From contig NC_134025.1 in assembly GCF_964204645.1 (NCBI RefSeq), forward strand, positions 11,594,001-11,658,000: a DNA stretch of 64,000 nt, given 5' to 3'. Position numbers and translations under genes: made by a program. The notes under the pieces are model-generated. The model was given only the letters and a program-made list of their open reading frames with translations, did not search any database and had not been told where the DNA came from. The stretch comes from Tubulanus polymorphus (taxonomy: Eukaryota; Animalia; Nemertea). Shown here piece by piece: positions 28,163 to 42,126 of the stretch (within the stretch, counting starts at the first letter, position 1; each line of letters opens with the position of its first letter).

Positions 28163-28485
28163 AGCCATGATCACGAGAGCGTTTTTGCCCAACGCCATAT
28201 TGGGCCCGAAACAACCATTCACACAGATTTGGCCAAAATTTAGCATGGTCCAAATCATTGCGCATGAATTGCTATCAGTTACCGAAGTGACTCATTTTGA
28301 TTTGTTTAAGCATTGTTTAATATCAAGTCACTTCCAGAACCAGTTGTAATTTGAGCCGTGGTATAAATTGACTCGGGCCGGGTCTGACATTTTTGGTCTA
28401 AGGCTCGAGCCAATTTTGCACCTATGCGAATGGTTGGCCCGAGCCTTATCGTCACAGGCCAAAATAGGCTCACGTGATCACGGCT
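28163..28485 (-). mobile_element. MITE family A copy, in PTK7 intron 3
   Basis: AGCCATGATCACGAGAGC..GCTCACGTGATCACGGCT. Internal CACTTCCAGAACCAGTTGTAATT is reversed relative to the 17108 copy. Confidence 0.75.
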
Positions 28486-28581
28486 ATATGTAGCTGGTTC
28501 TTGATACAGTTCTCGTGTGCAAATATTTGATTCGCCCTTTGCGCATTATTTACAGTATTTCAATACCGATTGTGAACTCAC

Positions 28582-28720
28582 CTAATCTTATTTCTAAACC
28601 ATAAATAAGAAGGGTCGGGGTGACCCTCGACTTGACATTTCAACGTCACATCGTCCTGCTCTTTGATCAGGTCGGGTGACTTAGGTTTATGCAATAATAC
28701 TTCGGCTTCCGGAGCTATCC
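28582..28720 (-). CDS. PTK7: PTK7-like receptor, exon 3 (N-half of Ig domain 2)
   Basis: ttttag acceptor, gtgagt donor, 139 nt, phase 1-2. Encodes (W)IAPEAEVLLHKPKSPDLIKEQDDVTLKCQVEGHPDPSYLWFRNKI(R), compare PTK7 VTLRCHIDGHPRPTYQWFRD. Confidence 0.9.
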
Positions 28721-28848
28721 CTAAAAAAATACAACAAAATAATACGTCACTTAGTAAATTGGTGCGGCCAACGGGGTATCGCTGCCAGTTGCCAGTCGGA
28801 GTTCATTTTTCTATCCGTCTCGAACTGGATCTTCAAACGCCCAAGTCC

Positions 28849-29143
28849 ATTATTCCTTTCAGTGCGTCTACACCAGTGCGGCGTATGAATCAGTGATGGA
28901 TTTTGCTAGTACACCGCACTGGGGTGTATTGATTTAATTAGTAATTACTAATATCTCTCTTGTAAGATGGCAGCACCTGTCAAACATAGTGAAATATTAG
29001 TAACTAACGATACACCGCGCCAGGGCGTAGACGCACTATAGTGCTATTCCCCTTATTCAACACACTAGGGTGGAATTTTTCAGAATTTTCAATTATCTTC
29101 AGCACTATAGGGTATTAATTAGCCAGCACTGAAAGGGATAAAT
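28849..29143. mobile_element. Nested inverted-repeat elements
   Basis: Inner TIR AGTGCGTCTAC (28861)/GTAGACGCACT (29037). Outer TTATTCCTTTCAGTGC/GCACTGAAAGGGATAA. Confidence 0.55.
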
Positions 29144-31550
29144 AAAGTGAAGATCGGTTATTTTTTACTCATTACCCGGGAGATCTGTAACTTGGCCCAG
29201 TAAAAAGGTAATAAAAACACAAAAGACAGATTTAACATATAGGCTTATCACACGAATTCAAAACCAATACTGTAGTTATTTAACTGAAACATTATTTGCC
29301 AAAAATGTTGCAGCAGTTCCGACACCTGTGGTCAGAATCAAGATACCTTTCTCAGTCTCAGGTTCACTGTTGCAATATATGTGCAACTTACAAAGATTAT
29401 CGAATATTTACTTTAATCTGGACATATCTGCATGTGACTGGAAAAGTCAATCATTTGACTTCAGCTTATTTACATGGAAAAACTGTCAAATTTAATAGTG
29501 CATTCTAAACTATATTGATATACCTTTTTAACCATTAATCATTATAGAATGAAGTTTATCAAATGAAAAGTCAAGTTTTTAGGGCAGCTACACTTCTTAA
29601 ACTAACTTTCTCAAGTTTTAAGTCAATAGCACAGTTATAACAACTTTCATTCTGACACAACTCAAAGTAACAGTTTTCCGCAAGACGTCACCGTTGCGAA
29701 AATTCATTTTCAAAATTCTTTCCAATGATCTCTTTATGTATACAGAGATTTGACAAAAGGCAGTGCATCTACACTTTATTGATGATACTGTACGCGACGT
29801 GATTATCAATCTTATAGCCAACAATGAATTGAATATCAACAACTAGGCTTTCATATCGACCAGGATATATTCAGAATCTGTGTCTATGCATCTGTGAGTC
29901 CTAACAACTCTGCCTTGTTCCATGAATGAAGTAAACTTTTTAGCATAGATAATAGGTATACTTTCAAAATGTTCAGCAAAAACACTAAGCTATATTATCA
30001 TTTCAAACTTATTTCTGAGTCAGACGTCTCGGGGAACCAAAATACGTTAACTGAACCCTAATATTTCGACAAATCACCAATCTACAGAGATACAGAAACT
30101 TCTCAAAAATCCTACATAGAATGTATCTATTACTAAGACTTATCTTAACAAACTCAGGACCTAGTGTCAATGTTGTGGGTTAAAATTTGTGACAACCATA
30201 GAGTCTTGCCTACATCTTTGGAAGTGGTCCAAGTCCAACTAATACAGTTAGGTGTTGTCAAAAAATGATTAATGATATCTTTAAAAAGAACTTTGCTTAC
30301 TACAGGTACAATGAGGTCAAGTTTTTTTCTGAAATAGGGTGACCTTCTTATGTGGTACTAAGGATCTGGAACCCCCATCCAGTATTGATGGTTCATCCAG
30401 TTCTTCCCTTGGGACATAAACTGGCCTATCTACCCTCCTGTAATCCGTATTGGTATAAGCTACATTCAAAGACTGACACATTTACTTTGGAAAATAAACT
30501 AAATCAGCTCCAACAAGACTGGCTTTTAATGTTTACCGATAAACGTTTATAAATTCAGTGATCAACCAGAATGATTGCATTTCAATCCGTTCCGTTTCGG
30601 CTTCTGGGAGAACCTGCATTTCGGATAAACACCGCAGTAGCGACCGACCGCGAAAACAAAAATCATCGTAACACTCGAAGATGAGAGGCCCCAGGCGTAA
30701 AATCACGGATATAGTGTATGCGTGTATGCATTTTGAACTCGAGAGAGAGACACGAGCTATAACATCGATAGATAGCCGGGGAAAGCGGAGAATTACACGA
30801 ATGCCTGCACCGACGAAAGGTTAATTCTTTTTTTTTAAAGACGGGTAGAACACATCGGTTCGGTTTCTTAGATCAAAGAAATGTAAGCTTATCGGCGATG
30901 TTGACGCTTCAAAAACAGATTTATCTGACTATCTGACTGAAGTCAGATAACACAAATAAATACGAGGATTCCTCTCTTCCGATGCCGACACTACCGCACG
31001 AATAAAAGCCATCGGCGATACGTAGTAGTTTTATGCGAAGTCGGCTTTTTAACTTCACACAACAAGCGCGGGATGGCAGCGGCAACAAACACGCGCCCCG
31101 CCATAAACAATACGAGCCTCTCAACCCCGCGCGCCGGCGTCAAAACTCGCTAGATGAGGAGTAGGACGAAAATGGTGGCGATAACCGGACGAAAAAAGCG
31201 GACGAAAAAAGCGAGCGTTCACAGAAAAAAAGAACTCCGATGCACCTGACTCTCTCAGTAGAGAAATAAAGAGAGAGTATCGCTCTCAGTAGAGAGTATC
31301 GCAGAAAATAAGTACACATTGTTAATCGGTCGCTTTACGACACTCGACAATATAAATAGAGTGATAAAGTGGCTGCTGTTAACAATACCTCTTGAAGTTT
31401 CAGGCACTATTCAGCGAAGTCTCGAGTTCGGAAACACGAGAAAAAAAACTAATCGTTCTTTTGTGACGGCGCGATCATTCGATCTCGTTAACTTCCCAAT
31501 ATAAAACCGGAGACAAAGTTTCCCGAGGAAGGACATTCTTAGCCGAGACC

Positions 31551-31677
31551 AAACCAAGTCTGTCAACTTCAAGAAGCCAAAACCAAGTCCGTCAGCTTCA
31601 AGAAGCCAAAACCAAGTCTGTCGGATTCAAGACGCCAAAACAAAGTCTGCCAGATTCCAGAAGCAGAAACCAAGTCT
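31551..31677. repeat. 29-bp minisatellite, about 4.4 copies
   Basis: AAACCAAGTCTGTCAACTTCAAGAAGCCA-like units at 31551, 31580, 31609, 31638 and 31667. Confidence 0.9.
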
Positions 31678-31735
31678 ACTTTCCAGTAGAGCTGGGCCGA
31701 ATGTCACTATTTGTAATCAGGCAGTCAACTTCAAC

Positions 31736-32009
31736 AGCCGCGATCACAAGCATTTTTGGCCCGTGCCAAATCAAGACCGGAACAACTGTTTACACAGGTG
31801 CCAAATGGGCCCGTGCATGTTTGGCCCTGACCAAGAATGTCAGACCAGGCACGAGCAGGTCAAATTATTGCATGTAAATTGCAACTGGTTCCGGAAGTGA
31901 CTGTCTAGTATCAAGTAAGTGGTTTACGAGTGAACGGGATACCGAAGGCACGGCCAAAACAGACTCGAGCCCGATACGGGCCGTATCGTCGCTCCACGTG
32001 ATTGCTGCT
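31736..32009 (+). mobile_element. MITE family A copy
   Basis: AGCCGCGATCACAAGCATTTTTGGCCCG..AATTGCAACTGGTTCCGGAAGTGA..CGTGATTGCTGCT. Confidence 0.75.
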
Positions 32010-35000
32010 AAAACATCATTCACGAATCCTTAATTCCATTAATAAAAAAAAGGGATCGTTTACATCTAACAAAACCATCGAGCATATGTTGATTCACTGG
32101 CGTGTTAATGACTATGTCTCCGATGGCCGGTTAATGGGGCAAGCGCGCTTCGCTCGGCGACGAAGTCTCCAGGAACCTGCGATCACGACAGCCAGGCCGG
32201 GAACATTAATCGCCGTATCGTAGGACGGGATCAGCTCGTCAAGCGATTTATGACGACTGCGTAACGCGACCGAGAAGCGGCGCAAATCGCGATCTGATGA
32301 ATTCGAACTGAATCCAACGGTGATAAAGATGCGAAATCGTTCCCAGAAATGAAATTAGACGGCGACGAACGATACGTATCGCGACGACGACGACGAATCA
32401 CTGCCTCGTAAATCCTAAGCGTCCGGACGCACAACGCGAAATCAGCAGATCTTCGATGGCATTAAGATTTTCGGAGATGCAGAATTTGATACAATGCGGA
32501 CTGGATAGCATAAAATGCATGTAGGCAGGTCTGAATTTAAGCCATACAAGTTGAATATACTTTTGCTAATTGAAAATTACTTTATATAAGAATCCCCTAA
32601 TCAAACTGCTGTAATCATAGTTTTATTATGCGTGCATTTTTTTGTGTTGAGGGTTGAGTGAGAGCGTGTTTTTTACATTTCTCTTTTTTTCTCCACTTTT
32701 CTCTTTTTGAGGGACCTGTATATATACCTGTTTATATAAATTATTTCTTAGTTTCCATAGACTCCACAAGCCTGATATACTGTATTTTGTATTCTGCCAT
32801 TTGTACACCAAACCGTAAATTATATTTGAAAGTACTAGCAAATAAACACTACTCATAAAATGAAAATGAAAATTCTTCGATGATTTTCTCCATGATCTTA
32901 CTTTCTTTCCTATTTCACCTTCCCTCTTCCATTTAAGGGCGTTTACGACAATAGCCTCGGCCTGCACAGAAAACCTATTACATTTCTCAATTTCTTTTTC
33001 TAATTCATCAATCTTTCGTCGAAGATAATATAACAAATAAAAGAGAGGCAGGCCTAAAATGGAACAATACGTTCGTATCTGCAGATTTTTTTGCCTAATC
33101 CTATGATCGCTTTGCTAAAATGAATACGAAAACTGAAATATACCGGGGTAATGCTTACACGAATACGAAAACAAAACGTCACAAAGAATCTTTGTTTTCA
33201 TATCCAGACGAGTATTTTTTTTCCTCATCTATTAGAAATTTTCTCCACTTTTTTCCCCCCGACGATCTTTTTGAAGACTCAGACTTGAACTAAACACGCG
33301 CCGGATCGACGACGACAAACGAAACAATGCCTAAGCGTTGAATGCAACGTACAATTTCGAAGGGGCGAAAAAATGACGACGACAATACGCAGCGCGCAAT
33401 ATACACACCGGGCGTTACACCACCGGTGAATAATACGATCGTACGCGTATACGGCACTAGTGCGGAGATGTTACAGAACTATACCAGTCTCAGTCGGCAT
33501 CTCAATAAAGAACGACAAAACGTCGCCGCGAGGCACGAGGGCCGGCGATTTCTGAAATGCGACATTTTACGATACGCACCACGCTCAGACTATACACGCG
33601 CACGCGCGGATCAAATAGCGGATAAACATTGTTTCTTTCGGCGAGTGAAAGAACCGGTTCGTCGTATCGATATATACAGACATGGAGCATTGATTTTGCG
33701 ATGTCGCTGCTGCGGCTGCTGCTGCTGATGCTACGAGAGAGAGAGTTGGGAGGAGAAAGCCGTGGCTGCAGCTTCATGGAAAACAGGAATCTGATGCATT
33801 GACAGAAATCACCTGAGTCACCGTATACAAATCTATGCCGTGGCATCAGTCGACAGCAGCAGCAGCAGCAACACTGATGATGAAGAATACGATGAGTAAG
33901 AGGGCTCGGCTGATAAACCTGTATGCCGATTCGACGTTTTTTGTTTGGGTTCGCTTATATGGACAATATGTTCAGCTAGATAATAGACGCTGATAAACGC
34001 CTAGCAATAACAGTCGCAGTTGTCGTCGTTGGTGTCAGAGTTCTCCACGGGGCCGTATAACCGATGTCTCTTAAATCAGATGCGCAGTCGTTAAAGTTAC
34101 TCAATCGTGAGCTATTTACATTTCTTGATGATGTAATAAAAGCAATTACGACAACGATTAGCAATATGTCCGAGAAAAATGATTAATAAATGTCACGTAT
34201 TCTGTTATTCTTTTCACTTGCCCCATTCCGCAAACCGGTGATTTGCTCGTCGAATGCCCTCGTGAAAGATATCACGGTTCGGGCAGAAAACTGTTTAATC
34301 AACAGTTAACCATACGAGTGAAGCTCTTATTCCTCATATATGTGTATCGATTGAATACGATGTATCTTGGTCGACGGAATATACGGCAGAAAATAATTCA
34401 TTATAACAAAGAATCTAGAGGGCTTGACGGGTTTTATTCTTTCCCGGTATATTAGACTGCCTTGTTCGACGCAACAAAAAAAAAAAAAAAGTCTGCCTAG
34501 GGGGGCCGAAAATCCCTTTTTCATTTTCATACTCGAACCATATGTACTTACTGTGTAAATTTGATAGACTTGTTTTCTTAGGCTGGCTACAAACAAAATT
34601 CTTTGTTTACCATTTTCGTGCGTATAATGGGCGCGGATCGCGGCATTGAGCGATTTTCTATGGAAATTTCATGTCGAGTCTTTGATATCTAGTCTTTGAG
34701 TAAGTGGTTTAAGCTAAAAACACAGGGCTGTTTGACAGGCACGCAAATACGTTCGACGTTCCATAACAAACTCTCGCATGGAATAACCTGAATTCGTCAG
34801 AGACACAAAGAATATCGCTTGAAAAGCGTCGTATAATACGTTATGTAATGATGATTTCCTTATTTCCAGTTATTTCTATCACATAATATTCTACGTTTGC
34901 CTCTAGTTTCTAAGCCCATCGTCATGAACCTGTAACATATGGCATAATATGGTCGTCACCAACTGCAGACATCCACAGATCTTAAATAAGGTATCCTGAA

Positions 35001-36305
35001 GTTGTAACTGAAGCACTACGAACAATGATAAGTTCAATGATTAGGAAATTAAAATGTTCTGAAACTGGATAGGGCACAAGATGTCAACAGAAAATGTCGT
35101 GACTACTTCAAGGGGGCAACAATCATTGAGAATGAAGATGGAATGGACATGGACCCTCTCCGGATTCATTAGCTATCGATACTTTATCCAGACCAGTAGT
35201 TAAATATGAAGCAAAGTTTCCATGACACAACAGATATTCTTAACCACATCCGCCCATGAGCCAAAGGCCGCCTAGATTTGGATACCAAAACATGGCTTCA
35301 CACGATCATACCGAAATAACTTTCTCATTGAAAGTGATGACTTTCGAAAGGCTCTTTCTTGGACTTAATATATGGCTAAAACAAAAGTGACAATCAACTA
35401 AATGGACTTCATCTTCAGGGAATTGAGGAAGTCCATCAGTAATACAGAATTGCACAGTGTTTGGTCACAACGTATTCTTTATAAAGGACATTATAATTTA
35501 TTCACTTAGAGTAAATGTATTATAGTCTATGGACGAATCAACACGTAAAAATAAATACGAAATGGACAACGAGACCTGTCTTGAAATGCATCAACTTATG
35601 GATGAATGGCCTAATACATACCCACATGTTGCTGCTTTACGTGACTAACCATAAAAGAGACCTGTTACATATTCGCCTGAGAGTCTCATATGGGAGCTTC
35701 TATCACCAAGAATATCAACACCAAGAACAACAGTATTTTGTCGAAAAATTACTTTCTCCAAGTAATTATGATTTAAACTTATAGCAACGGGAATCATCCA
35801 TCCTCCGAGCTAGAATGGATATAAAATGATGCCTCCCTATTCCAAACAGATCGTTACCAAGTCTAGACTAGATATTATAAGACAACAGGTTAAGAGGTTG
35901 TTTAATAAACCTAAGTTTGTTGCGCCTCAACTCCATCAGGCTCGATGTATTTGCTACCAACTGATCTGAAACTGCAGAAATCAGCCATCAAACTAGAGTT
36001 CATTGGCAGCGAACAGCTCAAGTCCCAATCGAACGAATTATTTAATACAAATCACCGTATTAGCCAGAACTACAATACCGGCTAATGACGAACTAATGGA
36101 AATATGATGGGCAAATAATTGCGACTCTTATTTAATTGTCCGTGCACGGCATATCTATTCTTTCAATATATTCAATATCATTAGTTAGTATCATGAGTTG
36201 GAGTGACCATTTTTTTCGCAGTGTTATCGCAAAAATCTTCTCCAGATGATTGATGATGCTAGTCGAGTATATGGGTACAAGCGAAAGGGTAAGATATTAC
36301 TAATA

Positions 36306-36471
36306 CGGCGGAACCTCGTTACAACGAACTTCAGGGGTCAGATAATCTGTCATTGATAGTTAGTTGCATCCAATGGAAAATCGATTAAATTGTTTTATGC
36401 GCGATGAAATGTTCAGTTTGTCGTACGCGATAAATTGTTTCATCAGAGTTCGTTATAACGATGTTTCACTG
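36306..36471. mobile_element. Tigger/pogo-like MITE
   Basis: TA|CGGCGGAACCTCGTTACAACGAAC ... GTTCGTTATAACGATGTTTCACTG|TA. Confidence 0.7.
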
Positions 36472-36602
36472 TAGTATTAAGTGGGGTACCCAAATATAGC
36501 TACGAGACAGTGATACCATGTTTTCTGTCACGTTGATCTATGCCTAGCCCACAAAGTTTCACTGGACTCATCAATCTCTTATCAACGTATCCGTTGACCA
36601 AC

Positions 36603-37063
36603 ATTGGGCAAAAATGAACGTACAGGTCTTTCCCAGTCCAGTCAGTAGTGGAAGTAGTATGAACTAATCATGCCAATCAATGTAAACCCAGAGTTTAGCC
36701 CTTTACTACAATGCTGTCAATGAAAGTGAAAGCCTTTATTTTCTTCATTTCAATTTTCATCAGAATCATCATCAATCCATTCCTGAAACATAGGTACTTC
36801 ATAAGAAGTGCCACCTAGGGAGTCATGGATTAGGTATGCGGACCGGACCTATACTAGACAAATGGATAAATATGGGCTACTATTCGAAAGTACCCACGTA
36901 CTAAAATTGGACAAAAATGAACGTACAGGTCTTTCCCTATCCGGTCAGCCAGTGGAAGTAGTATGAACGAATTGTGCTAATCGCCATAAACCCTAAAAGA
37001 ATTTAGCCCTTTACTACGATGCTGTCGATGAAAGTGAAAACCTTTTATTTTCTTCATTTCAAT
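36603..37063. repeat. ~150-bp diverged direct repeat pair (36603-36754 / 36906-37063)
   Basis: AAAAATGAACGTACAGGTCTTTCCC..AGTGGAAGTAGTATGAAC..ATGAAAGTGAAA..TTTATTTTCTTCATTTCAAT occurs in both copies. Confidence 0.85.
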
Positions 37064-40000
37064 GATCACACCGTGGCTCTTGTGCGCGATGCTATACATC
37101 TTTAATCACAAAACCACAAATGAACTGAAGGCCATCTGAAACTAACTGCATAATTGCCATGTTTACTCGCACCAAATCATTGATCACCGAGGGTGAGTCA
37201 ACATGCCCCGTCAATAGTTTTTCAATAAAACACCAGTTCACACTGACGCATACAACGAATATTACACACAAAGTAATCGCAACTTTTTTTGCCCGACGAC
37301 GACAACTGCGCAAGCGAGCTCAGAAATCACTCGGGATCGCGCAAAAAACTTATCCGATGATTGCATTGATATTTGCCCTTTGAATCATTTTCGCGCAAAG
37401 TGGTCCAGGTTCGGCGTAGTCCCTCGCGTGCGCGGCTGCCAGGTTGTCACAACGCGTTCGTTTTTAAAACTTCAATGAAGCGAATTTAAACCTGCGTTTC
37501 TGGCATCAGCACTGTCAATTGCGAATAACTCAACAACATGCTTCAATACTGTTACGCTTAACTCTATGAACATATTCAATTATCGGCAGTCGAAAAACGA
37601 AAAAGGTATCGACTAATATGTTGCCACCACACACCACCTCCCCACCACCCTCGGGAAACAGGTGAAGTATTGTTCAAAATGTGTCGTAATAAATGAGACG
37701 AACTATGAATTTTTGATGAAGTCTAAAAAAAGATTGATACCTCATTTCTTATTTCTGCTGAGCTTAAAAGTTGACCTGGCCACTTATCTACCCTGTACAT
37801 TACTTCTTTAAAAATCGTGATCAATTTTACCCGGCAGCTATAGAAATGAACTGATTACAAATCTCTAAGATTATTTTGTATTTTACAAAATGACCCGGCC
37901 GATTAGGATTTCATTTTTGTTTAGACTAAATAGAAAATTTTATATGGGGTTTTGCAGTCAACGGTCAAGACTAACCAGATACAATAATCAACCCCTGACT
38001 GTAACACCATCCTCCAGTCCTCTGCCAGTGGGCTATTAGCGCGTATAATTTTTCTTTCCGAAAAGTATTTTCTACGGCTTACCACCAGCTATCCGGAATT
38101 TCATTTCATCACCTTGGTGGTGCGTGCGATATGAGAAAAACAGGTCTGCCGAGGGCGAAAAAAATCTGCGAATGAAAAAATCGGCGAGGACTCGATGCGC
38201 AACACCAGATGTTAACGTGCTCATTTGTTCAGCTTGATCTAAGAACATCGCGTTAAAGAGATTCGTATACCTGGCTCATTAACAGTTCAAAAACATTCCT
38301 CTATATGTTTCGACAGTGATAAATGACTTTCAAATATGCATGGGAACAGAAAACACCCCGAAGAAGAGTCATGAGCGTGTATACACCTAAAGAAAAAATG
38401 AAATCGGTGATAGATGTTTTTCGCGACCAAATTCTCTATCCCGAGCATTTCGTTGGAGCATACCTCCAACCCGATCAGCAGCATCGCAAATAAGAAGTTT
38501 CTACCAACGTTCATTTTCGCAGGTATGATAATGGTTGCCGTGTATTAGTTTAATTGATGATGTAGCCAATGTAATATAAGTCTTCGTATGCACGTTTCAA
38601 AAATGGATCAAATAGAAAATTCAAAAGGTCACACCGACATCAAGCTGTATACGTGTTGTGCTGGTCGTAGACTCGCTACATTTCCTGTGAAAACGTTACC
38701 TCTAATTCAACTTCACATTCAATGAATACCATTAGTACTTAATCTATCATTTTTGATATCTTTTACTGGATTGTAGCTTTTTTTGCATTCACACCCGCCA
38801 ACCCGGGAGGAAAAGTGCACAATATTCTTATTTAAATTGATGAGGGCCCTCGCTTAATTTAGAGTATACAGCTAATTCATTGGCGGGATAAAAAGTGACT
38901 GACTGAACGCTAGCCGGCGCGCGGCATGCCGGTAAACATCAAAGAAGCGCACACGGAAGACTGAGAGGTTTCTATGGTAATGCGTCAAAAGGTCGCCAGT
39001 TTTCCTGACAGAGATTAATGACATACCCCGAAAATTGACAAGCGCCGAGCGGAGAACTTAGAACTTGCGCAGTATTCTCAACAAATGAAATCTATCGTGG
39101 TGCCCCCCCGGAAAGTGCGCCCACATCCTACGGAGAACTTTCCTAGCCGCCAAATGCCGAAAACATTGCAGGAACGAGAATACTCGCCCCGCCAGCCAGC
39201 AAAAAACTGGTTTGGCTCGGTGAAGGCAAACAGCCCAGTGAATGAATTTTTTTCATTTTTCCATCTTTGAGTTATAGAAGCTCATTTATTCTCATTTACG
39301 AGCCATCCATCATCAGAGTGACAGCTCACTAATTCAACATGACTGTTCGGCTGGACAAACAGTTTTTCAAAATTCAAAACCAAATATTTTGTAAAGGCCT
39401 AGATAAACAGTTCGCCGAAAACCGAACCAACAGGCTTCATTGTTCCGCTTATACCCGGCAGCGAGCTACCTTTTCGAATTCAAATAGCATTTGAAGGCAT
39501 AACGATAATCAAAATTGATTCGATAATCGAAATCGCTACACAAAACGTTTTTTCGAGTGAAGCGCAATGTCTGACTCATGGCAAAATGCATAGACCGGCA
39601 GGCCTAACCTCGCAAGCCAGGCACGAATGACACTTATTTCCGAATACTTCTGGATGATCGACTAAATTTGTTTTACGTTTTCTTCATAGAGTACGAAGTC
39701 ATTAGTCGCAGCCAAAATATTTCCGCCAGATGTCTAGATGACCTCAGTAATTGTTCAACATGGCCAATTTGATATTCCAATATCGCATTCTGTGGGCCAT
39801 TTTCAGAATAGGAGGACATTGTGATGATTTATGAGCATCTCTCAAAACATCGAACTACGTTTCCATCCATATGGATCAGTCCCTTCTATGAAACAAAAGA
39901 GATTTGATCTACTATTACATGTATGGCTGATTTGATGATACTATATTACTTAGCAGATTTTAGGGTGCCATCTCCACACCTGATTTATCAAAACTAGAAG

Positions 40001-41409
40001 TAGAACTATGTGGCTTCTTGGGATGAAACATGTTTGAAAACTTTTTAAAAGGTAACTTCCGACAAAGATGCTACTGTAAATAGGGAGGTACCTCCCTGCT
40101 ATAAACAAGACGATATGAAGTTTTGAACTTGCTTTAAAACTTTTGTTTAGTTTTGAACTTGCTTTGTAAGGTCATCATCTGTACGACGCTTTTGAAAACG
40201 AGTTGATAAAACGTAGAGCTTCCAATCTGGATGTGCTTTTTCGACTACACAGCTCGAAGTCACAGTTTTTCGCTTCACGATCGCTACCGTCACGACAGCT
40301 CCCGATCTCTTTTAAAACCGATGAGACAATAATTGAGCGAAGAAATGCCAGATGCACTATATATACATACATATATCGAACAAGGCTCGGCTCGTTGTTG
40401 TTCGTTGTGTCACATGAAACAAACCGATCGAAGACAAAGATCGCAACTTCGGTTGGTACGGCTATTGTTTCCGACGTGGGGAAATAAAGAGACGAATTTG
40501 TAATAATCATCTACATATACAGATGTAAATGACATGATAACAGATTAGTTTCTGCGCGTGTTCGTTCGCTCGGCGCGCACAGCTAAGTACCTATATCAGC
40601 TGGCATTTCTTCAACTATACAAGGTTTAGTTGCACATGTATGTAGATATACTTAAAAAATTTTGAATTTTCTATATCTCTTTTTACTAAAGACATCTAAG
40701 ACTCATCGTAAAAAAGTCTAAATTTGGCGAGGATTACCACAGTTTAGCATTCCCATTTTTATGCACGCGGTATTACTATATATAGACAAATGGTTCTGAA
40801 TCATACGGATACCAAATAATAGTTTACCTCGGAGGTAGTCCATAAATTACCAAATAATACTTGATCATTCCATAACTTCGGGCAAATAATACATAGCCTA
40901 TGTTTGGCCTATACACGTCCACGCCATATATAAGCAATTTTTTTCATAACAGCTCAGCCCTAAGCTTTTGATAAGCTCCGAGCCCTAAGCTTTTTTGATT
41001 ACATCTTCAGCCCTCACCCCTCCCTGAAGCCAAAGTAAAATACGTGCATATAAACAACTAAGAGCGATACTCCCATTGAATGTGAAGCACATTCAAAATC
41101 TAACCTTTAAATGTATACATTAAATTAAATGATACAAGATGAGAAAATTATATACACTAAATTCAAAAGAATTTGATCAACTGAAATAAGAATTACACAA
41201 TTTTTTTTTCTCAAGATAGAATGAAATGCCATGCGGCACTTTGTAGCACGCTTATTTTACAATCGAATCACAGCGGCCTAAGGTTTGGACTATTTATTAA
41301 AATGTTTTTCGAGGATCATGATTAATCGAGTCAACCCTTCTCCAATGCACAATACATAATCAATTCGCTGTTTATACGTATTTAGGATTTGGCATAAAAC
41401 TGGCAATAC

Positions 41410-41663
41410 GGAGCGATTTGGCGGGGGCCAAATTGGCATGGATCAGGCCCGAGTCAAATTTATTAGAGAGCTCATTCACATGTAACGCACTCACTCGTTG
41501 CTAAACAATAAAAGTGAGACACTTACGGAACCAGTTGCAATTCAAACACAATAATTTGGCTGGCCTGGTCCCATGTTTTTGGTCGGGCCAAATAGGTGCT
41601 CATTTTGGCACCCGCGTGAACAGTTGTTTGGCCCAGGCCAAAATTGCTCATGTGATCGCGGGT
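41410..41663 (-). mobile_element. MITE family A copy
   Basis: GGAACCAGTTGCAATTCA core and a GCTCATGTGATCGCGG end. Confidence 0.7.
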
Positions 41664-41669
41664 TGTCAT

Positions 41670-41811
41670 GCTAGGTACCCATTTACTCCTGGGTGGGAGA
41701 ATGGCAATGGGGAGAAGTGTCTTGAATGGGGACACATCAGGATGCATGGAGTTTGAACCCGCAACCTGGCTTCCCAGAGTACATAACGTTCAAATCACTC
41801 GCCCACGAGAC
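41670..41811 (-). mobile_element. tRNA-derived CORE-like SINE, 5' part
   Basis: Minus strand: A-box-like TGGGCGAGTGA, B-box GGGTTCAAACTCC, core TCCCACCCAGGAGTAAATGGGTACC. Homologous to 24626-24928. Confidence 0.7.
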
Positions 41812-41826
41812 ATCGACGATACTTAC

Positions 41827-42126
41827 ATAATATATTCAGGATGGCCTCCGTGCTTTTTAGCGAATAACCGGTCGTCACATTCGTCGCAATGCACCGAAAT
41901 GCGCCGAAGTCCTCTTCGCGGTTGACGCGCGCGATATGCAAATTGCTACCAGACTGGAACCGGCGCGACGTGCTGTCGATCTGAACGTCGTCTAAAGTCC
42001 AGTGAAATCGTATATGGCGACGATTCGACACGTCACAGCGCAGGATCACTTTACCGCCCTCGGCGATGTCAGCCGAAATGGGCTTCACGCTGAAGTAGAA
42101 GTTGTCCTGACATCGGATGTCTAAAA
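41827..42126 (-). CDS. PTK7: PTK7-like receptor, exon 2 (Ig domain 1)
   Basis: ttcag acceptor, gtaagt donor, 300 nt, phase 1-1. Encodes ..FYFSVKPISADIAEGGKVILRCDVSNRRHIRFHWTLDDVQIDSTSRRFQSGSNLHIARVNREEDFGAFRCIATNVTTGYSLKSTEAILNIL(W), with Ig Cys/Trp/Cys. Resembles PTK7 Ig1 as recalled (LRCEV..YWLLDG..DTERRFAQGSSL..DSGTFQCVA). Confidence 0.9.

Noticed and set aside
31551-31677. CRISPR-like periodic AAACCAAGTC repeats
   Set aside because: The intervening parts are homologous to each other, so this is a 29-bp minisatellite. There are no unique spacers or cas genes, and the context is eukaryotic.
33342-33846. Overlapping 128-aa and 114-aa ORFs as a nested gene
   Set aside because: Open frames are expected in GC/CpG-rich sequence, and there are no protein motifs.
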